Positions 1 through 9,394 of a stretch of 64,000 bases of DNA are shown piece after piece (position 1 is the first letter of the stretch; every line of letters starts with the position of its first letter). The stretch is taken from NCBI GenBank assembly GCA_963754315.1, contig CAVWFS010000018.1, positions 768,001-832,000 on the forward strand, written 5' to 3'. Position numbers and translations under genes: made by a program. This stretch comes from an uncultured Candidatus Rokubacteria bacterium. GTDB lineage: Bacteria > Methylomirabilota > Methylomirabilia > Rokubacteriales > CSP1-6. The notes beneath the pieces were generated by a model. It saw nothing but the letters and a program-made list of their open reading frames with translations, was not told the DNA's origin and made no database searches.

Positions 1-1716
1 CGGGGAGGGTGGCCCATGACGGTCTTCCTCACCCCCGAAGGCACGCCGTTTTACGGCGGGACCTACTTTCCGCCTGTTGATCGGCACGGGCTGCCCGGGT
101 TCCCGCGTCTGCTGGGAGCCATCGCCGAGGCCTGGAAGGGACGGCGGAGTGAGGTCCTCGAGGCTGGCCGACGAATCTCGGAGCACCTCGGTCAAGCCGA
201 ACGACTGCGAGGAAGCGTCGCCCTTCTCACCGAGGACGTTCTCTCGTCAGCCCTCCAGTCGCTCTCCGCTCAGTTCGACGACGCCCAGGGTGGCCTGCGA
301 GGGGCGCCGAAGTTTCCGCAGCCGATGATCTGGGAGTTCGTCCTGCGCATGTGGAAGCGAACGGGCAACCCCCGCGCGCGCCAGATGGTGATGACCACGC
401 TCACCCGGATGGCCCGCGGCGGAATGTACGACCAGCTCGGAGGTGGGTTTGCCCGCTACTCCGTGGACGACCGCTGGCTAGTGCCGCACTTCGAGAAGAT
501 GCTGTACGACAATGCTCAGCTGGCCTCGCTCTATCTCGGGGGATGGCTTGCTTTCGGCGACCCCGAGTATCGGCGCGTCTGCGAGGAGACGCTCGATTAT
601 GTGCTCCGCGAGATGACCGACCCTGCCGGCGGTTTCTATTCGGCGCAGGACGCGGACTCCGAGGGACACGAAGGCAAATTCTTCATGTGGTCGGCCGACG
701 AGATCCGTGCCCTCCTCGGGCCCGCAGACGGGACCGCCGCCCTCAGCTATTGGGGCTTGGAGCAAGGGCCGAACTTCGAGGGCAGGAACATCCTCTTTGT
801 GGCCGGCGAGCCGGACCCGGATCGCATGGCGGAAGCGAGGCGGCGGCTCTTCGCGGCGCGCGCGCAGCGCGTCCCTCCGGGACGTGACGACAAGGTCCTG
901 GCGTCCTGGAACGGTCTGGCCTGCCGTGCCCTTGCCGAAGCCGGTCGCGCACTCGAGCGCGCCGACTGGGTGAGGGCAGCGATTCGCAACGCCGACTTCG
1001 TGCTGTCCGCCATGCGCCGTGATGACGGCCGTCTCTTGCGTACCTGGAAGCAAGGGCAGGCACGGCTGAACGGGTATCTCGAAGACCACGCTATGGTCGC
1101 CCTGGCGTTACTCGCTCTCTACGAGGCAACATTTCAGCGCCGCTGGCTTGACGAGGCGAGGGCGCTGGCGGACGCCATGCTCGCCCTCTTCTGGGATTCG
1201 AAGCTCGAGGGATTCTACGATACCGGGCTCGACCACGAGCCGCTCATCGTGCGTCCCCGCAATCTCTATGACAACGCGGTGCCCTGTGGTAGCTCGGTGG
1301 CCATTGAAGCCCTTCTGCGCCTCGGCGTTTTCACGGGTGACGCGCGATACGAGACCATTGCCCTTACGGCTCTACGTCCCATGGCCGACCTGATGGCAGG
1401 CCACGGCGGTGGGTTCGGCCGCTTCCTGGCCGCCCTCGATTTCCATCTGGGCCCGGTCGTCGAGGTGGCACTGATCTCACCCTCCGAAATCGACTGGCCG
1501 CCCCTGGCCGCGGAAGTCTTCGGCCGATATTTGCCCAACCGCGTGGTGGCGGGGATGGCGGTGAATGATGCCGGTGCGGCGGCCGGCATTCCACTGCTCG
1601 AAGGTCGAAGCGTCATCGACGGGCGGGCCACCGCGTATGTGTGCCGCCACTATACCTGTCGGATGCCCGTGACCGACCGCACCGATCTTGCGCGATTGTT
1701 AGATGGGGGGTCTTGA
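1..1716 (+). CDS. Thioredoxin-domain/DUF255 protein (YyaL/SPATA20-like), 5'-truncated by the window edge
   Basis: Frame is open from base 1 (GGWPMTVFLTP). Motifs GGTYFPP, PKFP, GGFARYSVD, VPHFEKMLYDNAQL, DDKVLASWNGL. Confidence 0.9.
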   Translation, partial: RGGWPMTVFLTPEGTPFYGGTYFPPVDRHGLPGFPRLLGAIAEAWKGRRSEVLEAGRRISEHLGQAERLRGSVALLTEDVLSSALQSLSAQFDDAQGGLRGAPKFPQPMIWEFVLRMWKRTGNPRARQMVMTTLTRMARGGMYDQLGGGFARYSVDDRWLVPHFEKMLYDNAQLASLYLGGWLAFGDPEYRRVCEETLDYVLREMTDPAGGFYSAQDADSEGHEGKFFMWSADEIRALLGPADGTAALSYWGLEQGPNFEGRNILFVAGEPDPDRMAEARRRLFAARAQRVPPGRDDKVLASWNGLACRALAEAGRALERADWVRAAIRNADFVLSAMRRDDGRLLRTWKQGQARLNGYLEDHAMVALALLALYEATFQRRWLDEARALADAMLALFWDSKLEGFYDTGLDHEPLIVRPRNLYDNAVPCGSSVAIEALLRLGVFTGDARYETIALTALRPMADLMAGHGGGFGRFLAALDFHLGPVVEVALISPSEIDWPPLAAEVFGRYLPNRVVAGMAVNDAGAAAGIPLLEGRSVIDGRATAYVCRHYTCRMPVTDRTDLARLLDGGS

Positions 1717-1765
1717 GAGCGCCCGTCGACCCTCCGGACATCCAGAGGTTTCAATGGACGTTCGA

Positions 1766-2983
1766 TTACCGGTAGGCGCAGGGGGGGACGACGGTGCGGT
1801 ACGGGGCCTGAGTGAGATGTCCCCCCGGCGGAAAGAGGCGAAGCTGCTCGGGGGCGGGACGCGTGCCCAGTCGTCGGCCACGTAGACTGACACACCAGGC
1901 GGCACGAACGGTGTCGACGCCAAGCCGCCGGAGATCCAAGGTATCGCGTATCGTTGCCGCGTGCCGCTCCGTTACCAGCGCCCGCGCAGCCCGTGGACCA
2001 ATACCCGGTACGCGGAGCAGCAGCTCGTATGGGGCCGAGGTGATCTCGACGGGAAACGTATCTGGATGCCGGAGCGCCCAGGTCGTCTTCGGATCGCGGT
2101 CAAGGGCAAGGTTACCGTCTGGCTCGAAGACGAGATCGTCATAGCGGAAGCCGTACTGACGCAACAGGTGCTCGGCCTGGTACAGTCGTAGCTCGCGGGC
2201 GGGGACCGTGGCCGGCGACCCTTCCATCGGCGTACCAACCACGGGCTGGAACGAGCTGAAATGGGCATGATGGAGCAGCCGCCGCGCTTGCAGGCGCGCG
2301 ACCAAGGCGAGAATCTCGTGATCGCGTTCCCCCGCCGCCCCGACCACGAACTGCGTGGTCGTCCCGGCCGTTCGGCGGCGGTCCGGTTGCGGCTCGAGAC
2401 GCTCCTCGAGCGAGAGCCGTCCCGCCAGTTCCAAGGTGGGCAGTAGATTCCCACTGAGGTCCTTCTCTGGAGCGAGCACCCTCACGTAGGCGTCCGTCGG
2501 TGCTTCGAGATTGATGGACACACGATTGGCCAGCGCTGCGGCGGCCTCGACCTGGGTCCGTTCGATGCCTGGCAATAGCTTGACGTGGATGTAGCCGCGG
2601 AAGCCTTGGCGGCGTCGCAGGATCTCCAGAGTGGCGAGCATGCGGTCCATCGCTCGATACGGACGGCCGGGGACTCCGGACGTGAGGAAGAGACCCTGCG
2701 CCAATCCTTTTCTGTTTGCCTCGACGAACGTGGTGGCGATCTCCTCGGGCGCGAGGGCCGTGCGTCGTACCTTGCCACCGCAATAGGTCGGACAATAGCC
2801 GCAGGAGAGCGAGCAGGCGTTGGTCTGCATCACGCGCATGAGCGTGGTAGACCCGCCGCCGGGAACGCGCACTCGCGTCACCCCAACCGGGCTTGCCGGT
2901 CCATTGAGGGCGCTCGGCACGCCATGCTCCCGATCGAGAGAACCAGCCTCGGTCAGCAGGGTCACTCGCTGTCGCCGATCCAC
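1766..2983 (-). CDS. Putative DNA modification/repair radical SAM protein (TIGR03916-like) with C-terminal helix-hairpin-helix
   Basis: CSLSCGYC radical SAM motif, GLFLTSG, GYIHVK, RLYQAEHLLRQYGF, DPKTTWAL, and HhH motif LLRVPGIGPRAA. Confidence 0.85.
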   Translation of the reverse strand: MDRRQRVTLLTEAGSLDREHGVPSALNGPASPVGVTRVRVPGGGSTTLMRVMQTNACSLSCGYCPTYCGGKVRRTALAPEEIATTFVEANRKGLAQGLFLTSGVPGRPYRAMDRMLATLEILRRRQGFRGYIHVKLLPGIERTQVEAAAALANRVSINLEAPTDAYVRVLAPEKDLSGNLLPTLELAGRLSLEERLEPQPDRRRTAGTTTQFVVGAAGERDHEILALVARLQARRLLHHAHFSSFQPVVGTPMEGSPATVPARELRLYQAEHLLRQYGFRYDDLVFEPDGNLALDRDPKTTWALRHPDTFPVEITSAPYELLLRVPGIGPRAARALVTERHAATIRDTLDLRRLGVDTVRAAWCVSLRGRRLGTRPAPEQLRLFPPGGHLTQAPYRTVVPPCAYR

Positions 2984-2988
2984 GTCCC

Positions 2989-3020
2989 TATACTAAACAT
3001 AAGACGAGTATAAGAGTCAA
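2989..3020 (-). promoter_or_regulatory. Sigma-70-like promoter of the radical SAM gene overlapped by an inverted repeat
   Basis: Minus strand TTGACT (3020-3015), 19 nt, TAGTAT (2995-2990), then 6 nt to the GTG start. Palindrome TATACT-N12-AGTATA at 2989-3012 in an AT-rich patch. Confidence 0.55.
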
Positions 3021-3126
3021 GACGCTCCAATGAACGGGAGCCAATTCGCTGCCAGTCCGGATGGGCCTTGCGGACATGGAGGCAGGAGCCCTGTTGGTGG
3101 AAGCCCCGGAGCGCGCGTAGGATCGC

Positions 3127-3205
3127 GTAGGGTCGAGGGGCGGCCCGGGTTTCCCGGGTCGTCCCCGAGCGCAGGGGGGCATGGGGGGCCCTTTCGAGGC
3201 CCCCC
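3127..3205 (+). repeat. Solo copy of a REP-like double-hairpin element (same family as the 32.3-32.7 kb array)
   Basis: GTAG, then GGGGCGGCCCGGGTTTCCCGGGTCGTCCCC, then GGGGGGCCCTTTCGAGGCCCCCC. Aligns end to end with the array unit. Confidence 0.85.
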
Positions 3206-3225
3206 TCTTAAACGGGAGACGCAAC

Positions 3226-5169
3226 ATGTCTGAACGCAGCGAGATCATCTGGCAACCGCCGCCGGGCTTCGCCGAGCGGACGCGAATCGGGCGGTTCATG
3301 GAGAGACTGGGGATCGGGTCGCTGGCCGAACTTCAGCGGCGGTCGATCGACGACCCTGAATGGTACTGGAGGCAAGTCAACGAAGAGTTCGGCCTGCGGT
3401 GGACGAAGCCGTTCCACCGTGTTCTGGACGCTTCGCGTGGGGCGGCATGGCCTCACTGGTTCGAGGGGGGAGAATTCAATCTTGCAGGGAATTGCCTCGA
3501 CAGAAATATCGACCTTGGCCGCGGGGCTCAGGCCGCCATCATCTGGGAGAGTGACGCGGGAGAAACTCGAACCTTGACGTATGCAGAGCTGGCCCGTGAG
3601 ACGGCGCGTCTGGCCAGCGGCCTGAGTGGGCTCGGCGTCGGCGCTGGCGACCGAGTAGGGATCTTTCTCCCGATGTGCCCGGAGGCAGCCATCGCTGTCC
3701 TCGCGGTGGCGCGTCTAGGCGCGATCTATACGCCCTGCTTCTCCGGCTACGGGGCTCAGGCGGTGGCTTCCCGTCTGCAAGACTGCGAGGCGAAAGTCCT
3801 CATCACCGCTGATAGCTTTCAGCGTCGCGGGCAGGTGGTGCGAATGAAGCAAACTGCCGACGAGGCGGCCGCCGCTTCGCCGTCAGTTCGTCACGTTGTG
3901 GTCGTGCGCCGCCAGGGCGCCGACGTTCCCTGGATCGCGGGTCGCGATCGTTGGTGGGATGAGGTCGTTGCCGGCCAGCCAGAGACCATCGCGGCTGGGG
4001 CCACCGCGGCCGACACCGCCTGTCTCATCATCTACACTTCTGGGACCACCGGCCGCCCCAAGGGTGCTGTTCTCACCCACGGTGGCTTCACCATCAAGAC
4101 CGCGCATGATTTCGCGTTTGTCATGGACGTACGCGAAGGCGATCGCCTCTTCTGGCTCTCCGATCTCGGCTGGCTGATGGGTCCTATGCTCATTACGGCT
4201 GCCCTCGTGCATGGCGCCACCGCCGTACTGTTCGAGGGTGTTCCCGATTTTCCCGAACCAGACCGCCTGTGGGCGCTTGCTGAACGGTGGCGGATGAGCG
4301 TCATGGGGCTGTCCCCGACTGCCGTGAGGGCGCTGATGCCGCATGGCGACAGCTGGCCGGCGAGCCACGATCTGACGTCGCTGCGCATATTCGGCTCGAC
4401 GGGCGAGCCATGGAACCCCGAGCCGTACCGCTGGCTCTTCGAGAACGTGGGGCAGGGCCGCGTGCCCATCATGAACTACTCGGGAGGCACCGAGATCTCG
4501 GGGGGCATCATCGGGTCATTTCCGATCACGCCCATCAAGCCCTGTTCCTTTGCTGGACCGATCCCGGGCATGGCGGCCGAGGTGTTTGACGACGACGGCA
4601 AGCCGGTCCGTGGCCAGGTCGGTGAGCTTGTGGTCACGCGGCCCTGGCCTGGCATGACGTCGGGCTTCTGGAAGGACCCGGCGCGATACGAACAGACGTA
4701 CTGGTCTCGCTGGCCCGACGTCTGGGTCCATGGTGACTGGGCGTACATCGACGACGACGGGTTTTGGTTTCTCCAGGGGCGGTCCGACGACACGCTCAAG
4801 ATCGCCGGCAAGCGACTGGGACCGGCCGAGGTCGAGTCGGTCCTCGTGGGACACGAGGCGGTCGCCGAAGCGGCGACTATCGGCGTTCCCCATGAGATCA
4901 AGGGCGAAGCCATCGTGTGCTTTGCCGTGCTCAAGCCCGGGCATTCGCCATCGGAGGCGCTGCGCACGGCGTTGTCGGACCGTGTGGCACAGCAAATGGG
5001 CAAGGCCCTCAAGCCGGAGCGGGTGCTGTTCGTGCGCGAGTTGCCGAAGACGCGGAGCGCGAAGATCATGCGCCGGGTAATCCGCGCCACCTATCTCGGC
5101 AAAGACCCGGGGGATTTGTCGTCGCTGGAGAGCCCTGGCGCGGTACGCGCCATCGCGAGCGCTGTGTAG
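3226..5169 (+). CDS. AMP-forming acyl-CoA synthetase (acetyl-CoA synthetase family)
   Basis: YTSGTTGRPKG AMP-binding loop, GRSDDTLKIAGKRLG, PKTRSAK. ATG at 3226 follows GGGAG; the ORF track's earlier start lies inside the repeat. Confidence 0.9.
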   Translation: MSERSEIIWQPPPGFAERTRIGRFMERLGIGSLAELQRRSIDDPEWYWRQVNEEFGLRWTKPFHRVLDASRGAAWPHWFEGGEFNLAGNCLDRNIDLGRGAQAAIIWESDAGETRTLTYAELARETARLASGLSGLGVGAGDRVGIFLPMCPEAAIAVLAVARLGAIYTPCFSGYGAQAVASRLQDCEAKVLITADSFQRRGQVVRMKQTADEAAAASPSVRHVVVVRRQGADVPWIAGRDRWWDEVVAGQPETIAAGATAADTACLIIYTSGTTGRPKGAVLTHGGFTIKTAHDFAFVMDVREGDRLFWLSDLGWLMGPMLITAALVHGATAVLFEGVPDFPEPDRLWALAERWRMSVMGLSPTAVRALMPHGDSWPASHDLTSLRIFGSTGEPWNPEPYRWLFENVGQGRVPIMNYSGGTEISGGIIGSFPITPIKPCSFAGPIPGMAAEVFDDDGKPVRGQVGELVVTRPWPGMTSGFWKDPARYEQTYWSRWPDVWVHGDWAYIDDDGFWFLQGRSDDTLKIAGKRLGPAEVESVLVGHEAVAEAATIGVPHEIKGEAIVCFAVLKPGHSPSEALRTALSDRVAQQMGKALKPERVLFVRELPKTRSAKIMRRVIRATYLGKDPGDLSSLESPGAVRAIASAV

Positions 5170-5184
5170 GGTATACTGCCATTG

Positions 5185-5274
5185 ATGTCGTGGGGGGAGG
5201 TCACCTGAGAACCGGGTGCGGCCCGGGACCCCTCGAACCTGATCTGGGCAATGCCAGCGAAGGGAACACGACAT
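5185..5274 (+). promoter_or_regulatory. TPP (thi-box) riboswitch aptamer
   Basis: Conserved GGGG..CTGAGA..ACCCCTCGAACCTGATCTGGGCAATGCCAGCGAAGGGAA closed by ATGTCGTG/CACGACAT. Lies directly upstream of thiSGE, with a -10 TATACT at 5172-5177. Confidence 0.95.
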
Positions 5275-5285
5275 GCGAAGCGATG

Positions 5286-5323
5286 AGCGGCCGCGCCCTT
5301 TGGCAGCGGCCGTTTGTGTTTTT
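5286..5323 (+). terminator. Intrinsic terminator, expression platform of the TPP riboswitch
   Basis: AGCGGCCGC...GCGGCCGTT stem followed by TGTGTTTTT. Confidence 0.75.
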
Positions 5324-5345
5324 AGGAAACGATGAAGGGTGCCTG

Positions 5346-5549
5346 ATGACGATAACCGTCAACGGCAAGGCTATGGAGGTCGGGGAGGAGCTGAGCGTGG
5401 AAGCGTTGCTTGCCCAGCTCGGGATACCGCGGATGTTCACGGCTGTGGCCATCAACCGTGACATCATGCCCAAGAGTTCCTATGCGTCCACTCGACTTTC
5501 GGCCGGCGATCGCGTGGAGATCGTTCGGCCCATGGGGGGTGGCGCCTAA
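5346..5549 (+). CDS. thiS: Sulfur carrier protein ThiS
   Basis: MTITVNGK...AVAINRDI...GDRVEIVRPMGGGA, located between the TPP riboswitch and thiG. Confidence 0.92.
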   Translation: MTITVNGKAMEVGEELSVEALLAQLGIPRMFTAVAINRDIMPKSSYASTRLSAGDRVEIVRPMGGGA

Positions 5550-5588
5550 GCGGTCTGGCGCGGGCGGCGCCCAGGCAGGAGATCAGCC

Positions 5589-6371
5589 ATGTACGACACC
5601 AACCTGACGCTTGGGAGCAAGGAGTTCACGTCGAGGCTCATCGTGGGCACCGGCAAGTACTCGTCTCACGACGTTATGCGTCGCGCCATCGAGGAGTCCG
5701 GGGCCGAGGTGGTCACGGTGGCCATCCGCCGGGTCAATCTCGACGGAACCGGCGAGTCCCTCCTAGACCATCTCGATCTGAAGCGCTACACCCTGCTGCC
5801 GAATACGGCTGGATGCTACACAGCGGATGACGCGATCCGCACCGCCTACCTCGCCCGCGAAGCGGGGCTTGGCGAGCTGGTCAAGCTTGAGGTCATCGGC
5901 GACGCACGAACGTTGTTTCCGGACGCGGCGGGTCTGCTGGAAGCCACCCGCGTTCTCGTGAAGGAAGGCTTCACTGTGTTGCCGTACACCAACGATGACC
6001 CGGTGATGGCCAAGCGTCTTGAGGATGCGGGGGCCGCGGTGGTGATGCCACTGGGCGCACCCATCGGGTCTGGTCTCGGCATCCGAAATCCCTACAACAT
6101 CAAGATCATCCTGGAATCGGTGTCTGTTCCGGTGATCGTCGATGCGGGGGTGGGGACCGCGTCGGACGCGGCGGTCGCCATGGAGCTAGGCTGCGATGGG
6201 GTGCTGATGAATACGGCCATCGCCAGCGCGGGTGATCCCGTGGCCATGGCGCGCGCGATGAAGTTGGCGGTCGAGGCAGGGCGCCTGGCATGTCGTGCGG
6301 GACGGATGAGTAAGAAGCTTTACGCGAACGCGTCCTCTCCACTCGAGGGCGTCCCCGATTGGACCAGCTGA
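5589..6371 (+). CDS. thiG: Thiazole synthase
   Basis: [49 protein letters not shown]. Confidence 0.97.
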   Translation: MYDTNLTLGSKEFTSRLIVGTGKYSSHDVMRRAIEESGAEVVTVAIRRVNLDGTGESLLDHLDLKRYTLLPNTAGCYTADDAIRTAYLAREAGLGELVKLEVIGDARTLFPDAAGLLEATRVLVKEGFTVLPYTNDDPVMAKRLEDAGAAVVMPLGAPIGSGLGIRNPYNIKIILESVSVPVIVDAGVGTASDAAVAMELGCDGVLMNTAIASAGDPVAMARAMKLAVEAGRLACRAGRMSKKLYANASSPLEGVPDWTS

Positions 6372-6982
6372 GGCTCTGCCTCGTCACTGACCGTCACCAG
6401 ACACGCGGGCGTGACCTCGTGACCCTCGTCGGCGATTGTGTCGCCGCCGGGCTTCCGTCCGTTCAGGTGCGTGAGAAGGATCTCGGCGCGGGCGCCCTGG
6501 CGGCGCTCTGCCGACAGCTTCTCTCCGTTACCCTCCACAGTCTCTTCATTGTCAATGACCGTGTGGATGTCGCGCTGGCGACTGGCGCTGGAGGCGTCCA
6601 GCGGACCTCCACGTCGCTGGCCGTCCGGGACATACGGCAGGTGGTGGGACGATCTCTCTACGTGGGTGGGTCGGTCCATTCGCTGGAGGAGTCGATTGAG
6701 GCTGAGACCGAAGGGGCCGATTGGCTTATCTTCGGTCCTGTGTACGACACGCCATCCAAGAGAGCCTACGGGTCCCCGCAAGGGCTCACGGCGCTGGCAC
6801 GAGTCGCCAAGACCGTGACCATTCCGGTCATCGCCATCGGTGGCATCACGCCCGAGCGCGTGGCGGAGGTTCGGGAGGCGGGCGCGCAGGGCGTGGCGGT
6901 CATTTCTGCGGTGCTGTCCGCCCCATCACCAGGGGACGCGGTGCGCCGTTTTCTAGACGCGCTGGACCACGCGAGGTCATGA
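6359..6982 (+). CDS. thiE: Thiamine-phosphate synthase (ThiE/TenI family)
   Basis: [36 protein letters not shown]. Overlaps thiG. Confidence 0.85.
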   Translation: MDQLRLCLVTDRHQTRGRDLVTLVGDCVAAGLPSVQVREKDLGAGALAALCRQLLSVTLHSLFIVNDRVDVALATGAGGVQRTSTSLAVRDIRQVVGRSLYVGGSVHSLEESIEAETEGADWLIFGPVYDTPSKRAYGSPQGLTALARVAKTVTIPVIAIGGITPERVAEVREAGAQGVAVISAVLSAPSPGDAVRRFLDALDHARS

Positions 6983-7046
6983 AGCTGGCAACCCCACGTC
7001 GATCCCCGCGAGTTTTTCTCCGACCGTTTCTTACGAGGCGACACTC

Positions 7047-8375
7047 ATGACGCGAGACGAGATCAAGCGAGAGGTCTTCCGAGCCATCGACCGGCGGGCA
7101 GAGGACATCATCGGGCTCGGCGAAGCCATTCGTGGCCACCCTGAGCTCGGGTTCAAGGAGGTGAAAACCGCTCGGCTGGTTGAGGAGACGCTGAGCCGGT
7201 TGGGCCTGAGCCCGAAAACAGGGCTGGCCCTCACGGGAGTTCGGGCGGATCTATCGGGGAAGGCTGGCGCCGGCCCGACCCTCGCCCTGTTAGGCGAGCT
7301 GGATGCCCTGGTTGTGGCCGGTCACCCCGAGGCCGACCCCGGAACCGGAGCCGCGCATGCCTGCGGTCACAATGCTCAGATCGCGGGACTACTCGGCGCA
7401 GCCATGGGGCTTGTCGAGGCCAACACCTCCGAACATTTGGCCGGCCGGATTGCGTTCTTTGCGGTTCCGGCCGAGGAGTATGGGGATATCGCGTGGCGGG
7501 TGGAGCAGACGCGCCAGGGCAAGCTGGAGTTTCTCGGCGGTAAGCCGGAGCTGCTGAGGCAGGGCCATTTTGACGATATCCAGCTGGCCATGATGATTCA
7601 TACGACCTCCCGGCCCGAGGATGGCAAGGCGGGTGTGCCGGGCTCGAATAACGGTTGTATCGTCAAGACCGTCCGCTACACCGGCAAGGCCGCCCATGCC
7701 GGGGGGGCCCCCCACCTTGGCGTGAACGCTCTCTACGCGGCGACCATCGGCCTCAATGCCATCAACGCCATCCGTGAGACGTTCCGCGATGAGGACACGA
7801 TTCGCGTGCACCCGATCATCACCCACGGTGGCTCGCAGGTGAACGTGATCCCGTCCGACGTGCGGATCGAGACCTACGTTCGAGGACGCACAGTTCAGGC
7901 CATTGCCGACGCCGAGCTCAAGGTGGACCGCGCGCTCAAGGCGGGTGCGCTCGCGCTGGGCGCGACGGTGGAAATCGAGACGCTGCCTGGGTATCTTCCC
8001 ATGCAGTGCGACGCAGTCATGGCGCGGTACTTCAGGGAGACGGCGACGGCTCTCGTCGGCGCCGAGCACTACCGTCAGATCGGTCACCGGACTGGTTCCA
8101 CCGACATGGGTGACCTCAGCCAGATCATGCCAATCCTCCATCCCTACCTAGGAGGGGCGCGTGGCTCAGGGCACGGCGCGGATTTCGCCATCGTCGACAA
8201 GAACCTCGCCTACGTGGCGATGGCGAAGGCTTTGGCCGCTATGGCGGTGGACATGCTGTCTGATGGTGCCCACGGCGCCCAGGAGGTCCTTGCCCAGTCC
8301 CGACCGAACATGACCCGGGAGGGTTACCTTGCCTTCCAGCGGGGGCTGGCGCGCCGAGAGACGTACTCCGGCTGA
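7047..8375 (+). CDS. M20D-family amidohydrolase
   Basis: HPELGFKE, ELDAL, HACGHNAQ, PAEE, GSTDMGD. Confidence 0.88.
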   Translation: MTRDEIKREVFRAIDRRAEDIIGLGEAIRGHPELGFKEVKTARLVEETLSRLGLSPKTGLALTGVRADLSGKAGAGPTLALLGELDALVVAGHPEADPGTGAAHACGHNAQIAGLLGAAMGLVEANTSEHLAGRIAFFAVPAEEYGDIAWRVEQTRQGKLEFLGGKPELLRQGHFDDIQLAMMIHTTSRPEDGKAGVPGSNNGCIVKTVRYTGKAAHAGGAPHLGVNALYAATIGLNAINAIRETFRDEDTIRVHPIITHGGSQVNVIPSDVRIETYVRGRTVQAIADAELKVDRALKAGALALGATVEIETLPGYLPMQCDAVMARYFRETATALVGAEHYRQIGHRTGSTDMGDLSQIMPILHPYLGGARGSGHGADFAIVDKNLAYVAMAKALAAMAVDMLSDGAHGAQEVLAQSRPNMTREGYLAFQRGLARRETYSG

Positions 8376-8385
8376 GCCGAGCACG

Positions 8386-9189
8386 ATGTACGGGCGTCCG
8401 AGCGTGACCTTTCCGACGCGGGTGGTTTGTCTCACCGCAGAAACGACCGAGATCGCCTTCCTGGTTGGCGCGGGGGATCGCGTGGTCGGAGTTCCCGGCA
8501 CCGTCCGAAGGCCCGAGGCCGCCCGGTCGAAGGCTCGGGTAGGAGGTTTCACCACGTTCAGGCTCGAGCGCATTCTGGCGCTCGAGCCTGAGCTGGTGCT
8601 GGCCTTCTCAGATCTCCAGAGGGACATCGTGGCCGAACTGGTGGCGGCCGGGCTCAACGTGCTCTGCACCAACCAGCGGTCTTTCGATGAGACCTTGACG
8701 GCCATCATGCTCGTGGGAGGGGTACTTGGTTGTGAGGCTGGCGCCCGCGCGATCGTCGCCGACATGCGCGACGAGGTCAGGCAAATCCGAGAATACTCGA
8801 GTGGGTGGCCCGACCGCCCTCGAGTCTACTTCGAGGAATGGCCCGAACCACCCATTGCTGGCATACGCTGGGTATCAGAACTGATCGAGATAGCGGGAGG
8901 GCAGGATATCTTCCCCGAACTTCGCGCTGAGCGCGCCGCGGCTGGACGACGGGTCACCGTTGAGGAGGTTGCACGACGCGATCCCGAGGTCATTCTCGCG
9001 TCCTGGTGTGGTAAACCGGTCGATCGCAAGGCGCTCTTGGCCAGGCCGGGCTGGGAGCGAATCACCGCCGTCCGACTCGGACAGGTCTACGAACTGGAAG
9101 GTGCCGACGTGCTCGCCCCCGGCCCGTCCTTGATGGTCGGTCTCCGCCAGATTCACGAAATCATTCAGGTCTACCAGGCCGCCCGCTGA
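8386..9189 (+). CDS. BtuF/Fe-B12 periplasmic-binding-fold protein (no signal peptide evident)
   Basis: RVVCLTAETTEI, RVVGV, EPELVLAFSDLQ, RVYFEEW, WVSELIEIAGG. Start at 8386 or GTG 8404. Confidence 0.78.
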   Translation: MYGRPSVTFPTRVVCLTAETTEIAFLVGAGDRVVGVPGTVRRPEAARSKARVGGFTTFRLERILALEPELVLAFSDLQRDIVAELVAAGLNVLCTNQRSFDETLTAIMLVGGVLGCEAGARAIVADMRDEVRQIREYSSGWPDRPRVYFEEWPEPPIAGIRWVSELIEIAGGQDIFPELRAERAAAGRRVTVEEVARRDPEVILASWCGKPVDRKALLARPGWERITAVRLGQVYELEGADVLAPGPSLMVGLRQIHEIIQVYQAAR

Positions 9190-9394
9190 ACACCCACCCC
9201 CCACGGCCAGAGCCTTCTGCGAGGGCAAAAGGACCATAGCGGCGCGGAGTAGCGGCGCCTAACTGCCGAGGGGGATCGGGAGACACCCGGGGTAGGGAAG
9301 CGCCGTCGAGGCCCCATGTACAATAGTTTTGGGGAGTCGGACTGGGTCGCGCTAGCATTGGGACCCGCCGCACCATCCTGGGGAGCCAGAACGA

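Noticed and set aside
9190..9394. Riboswitch in the tldD leader (GGCAAA, small hairpins)
   Set aside because: There is no second conserved element of a c-di-GMP or other known aptamer, only a plausible TACAAT -10 near 9319 and generic GC hairpins.
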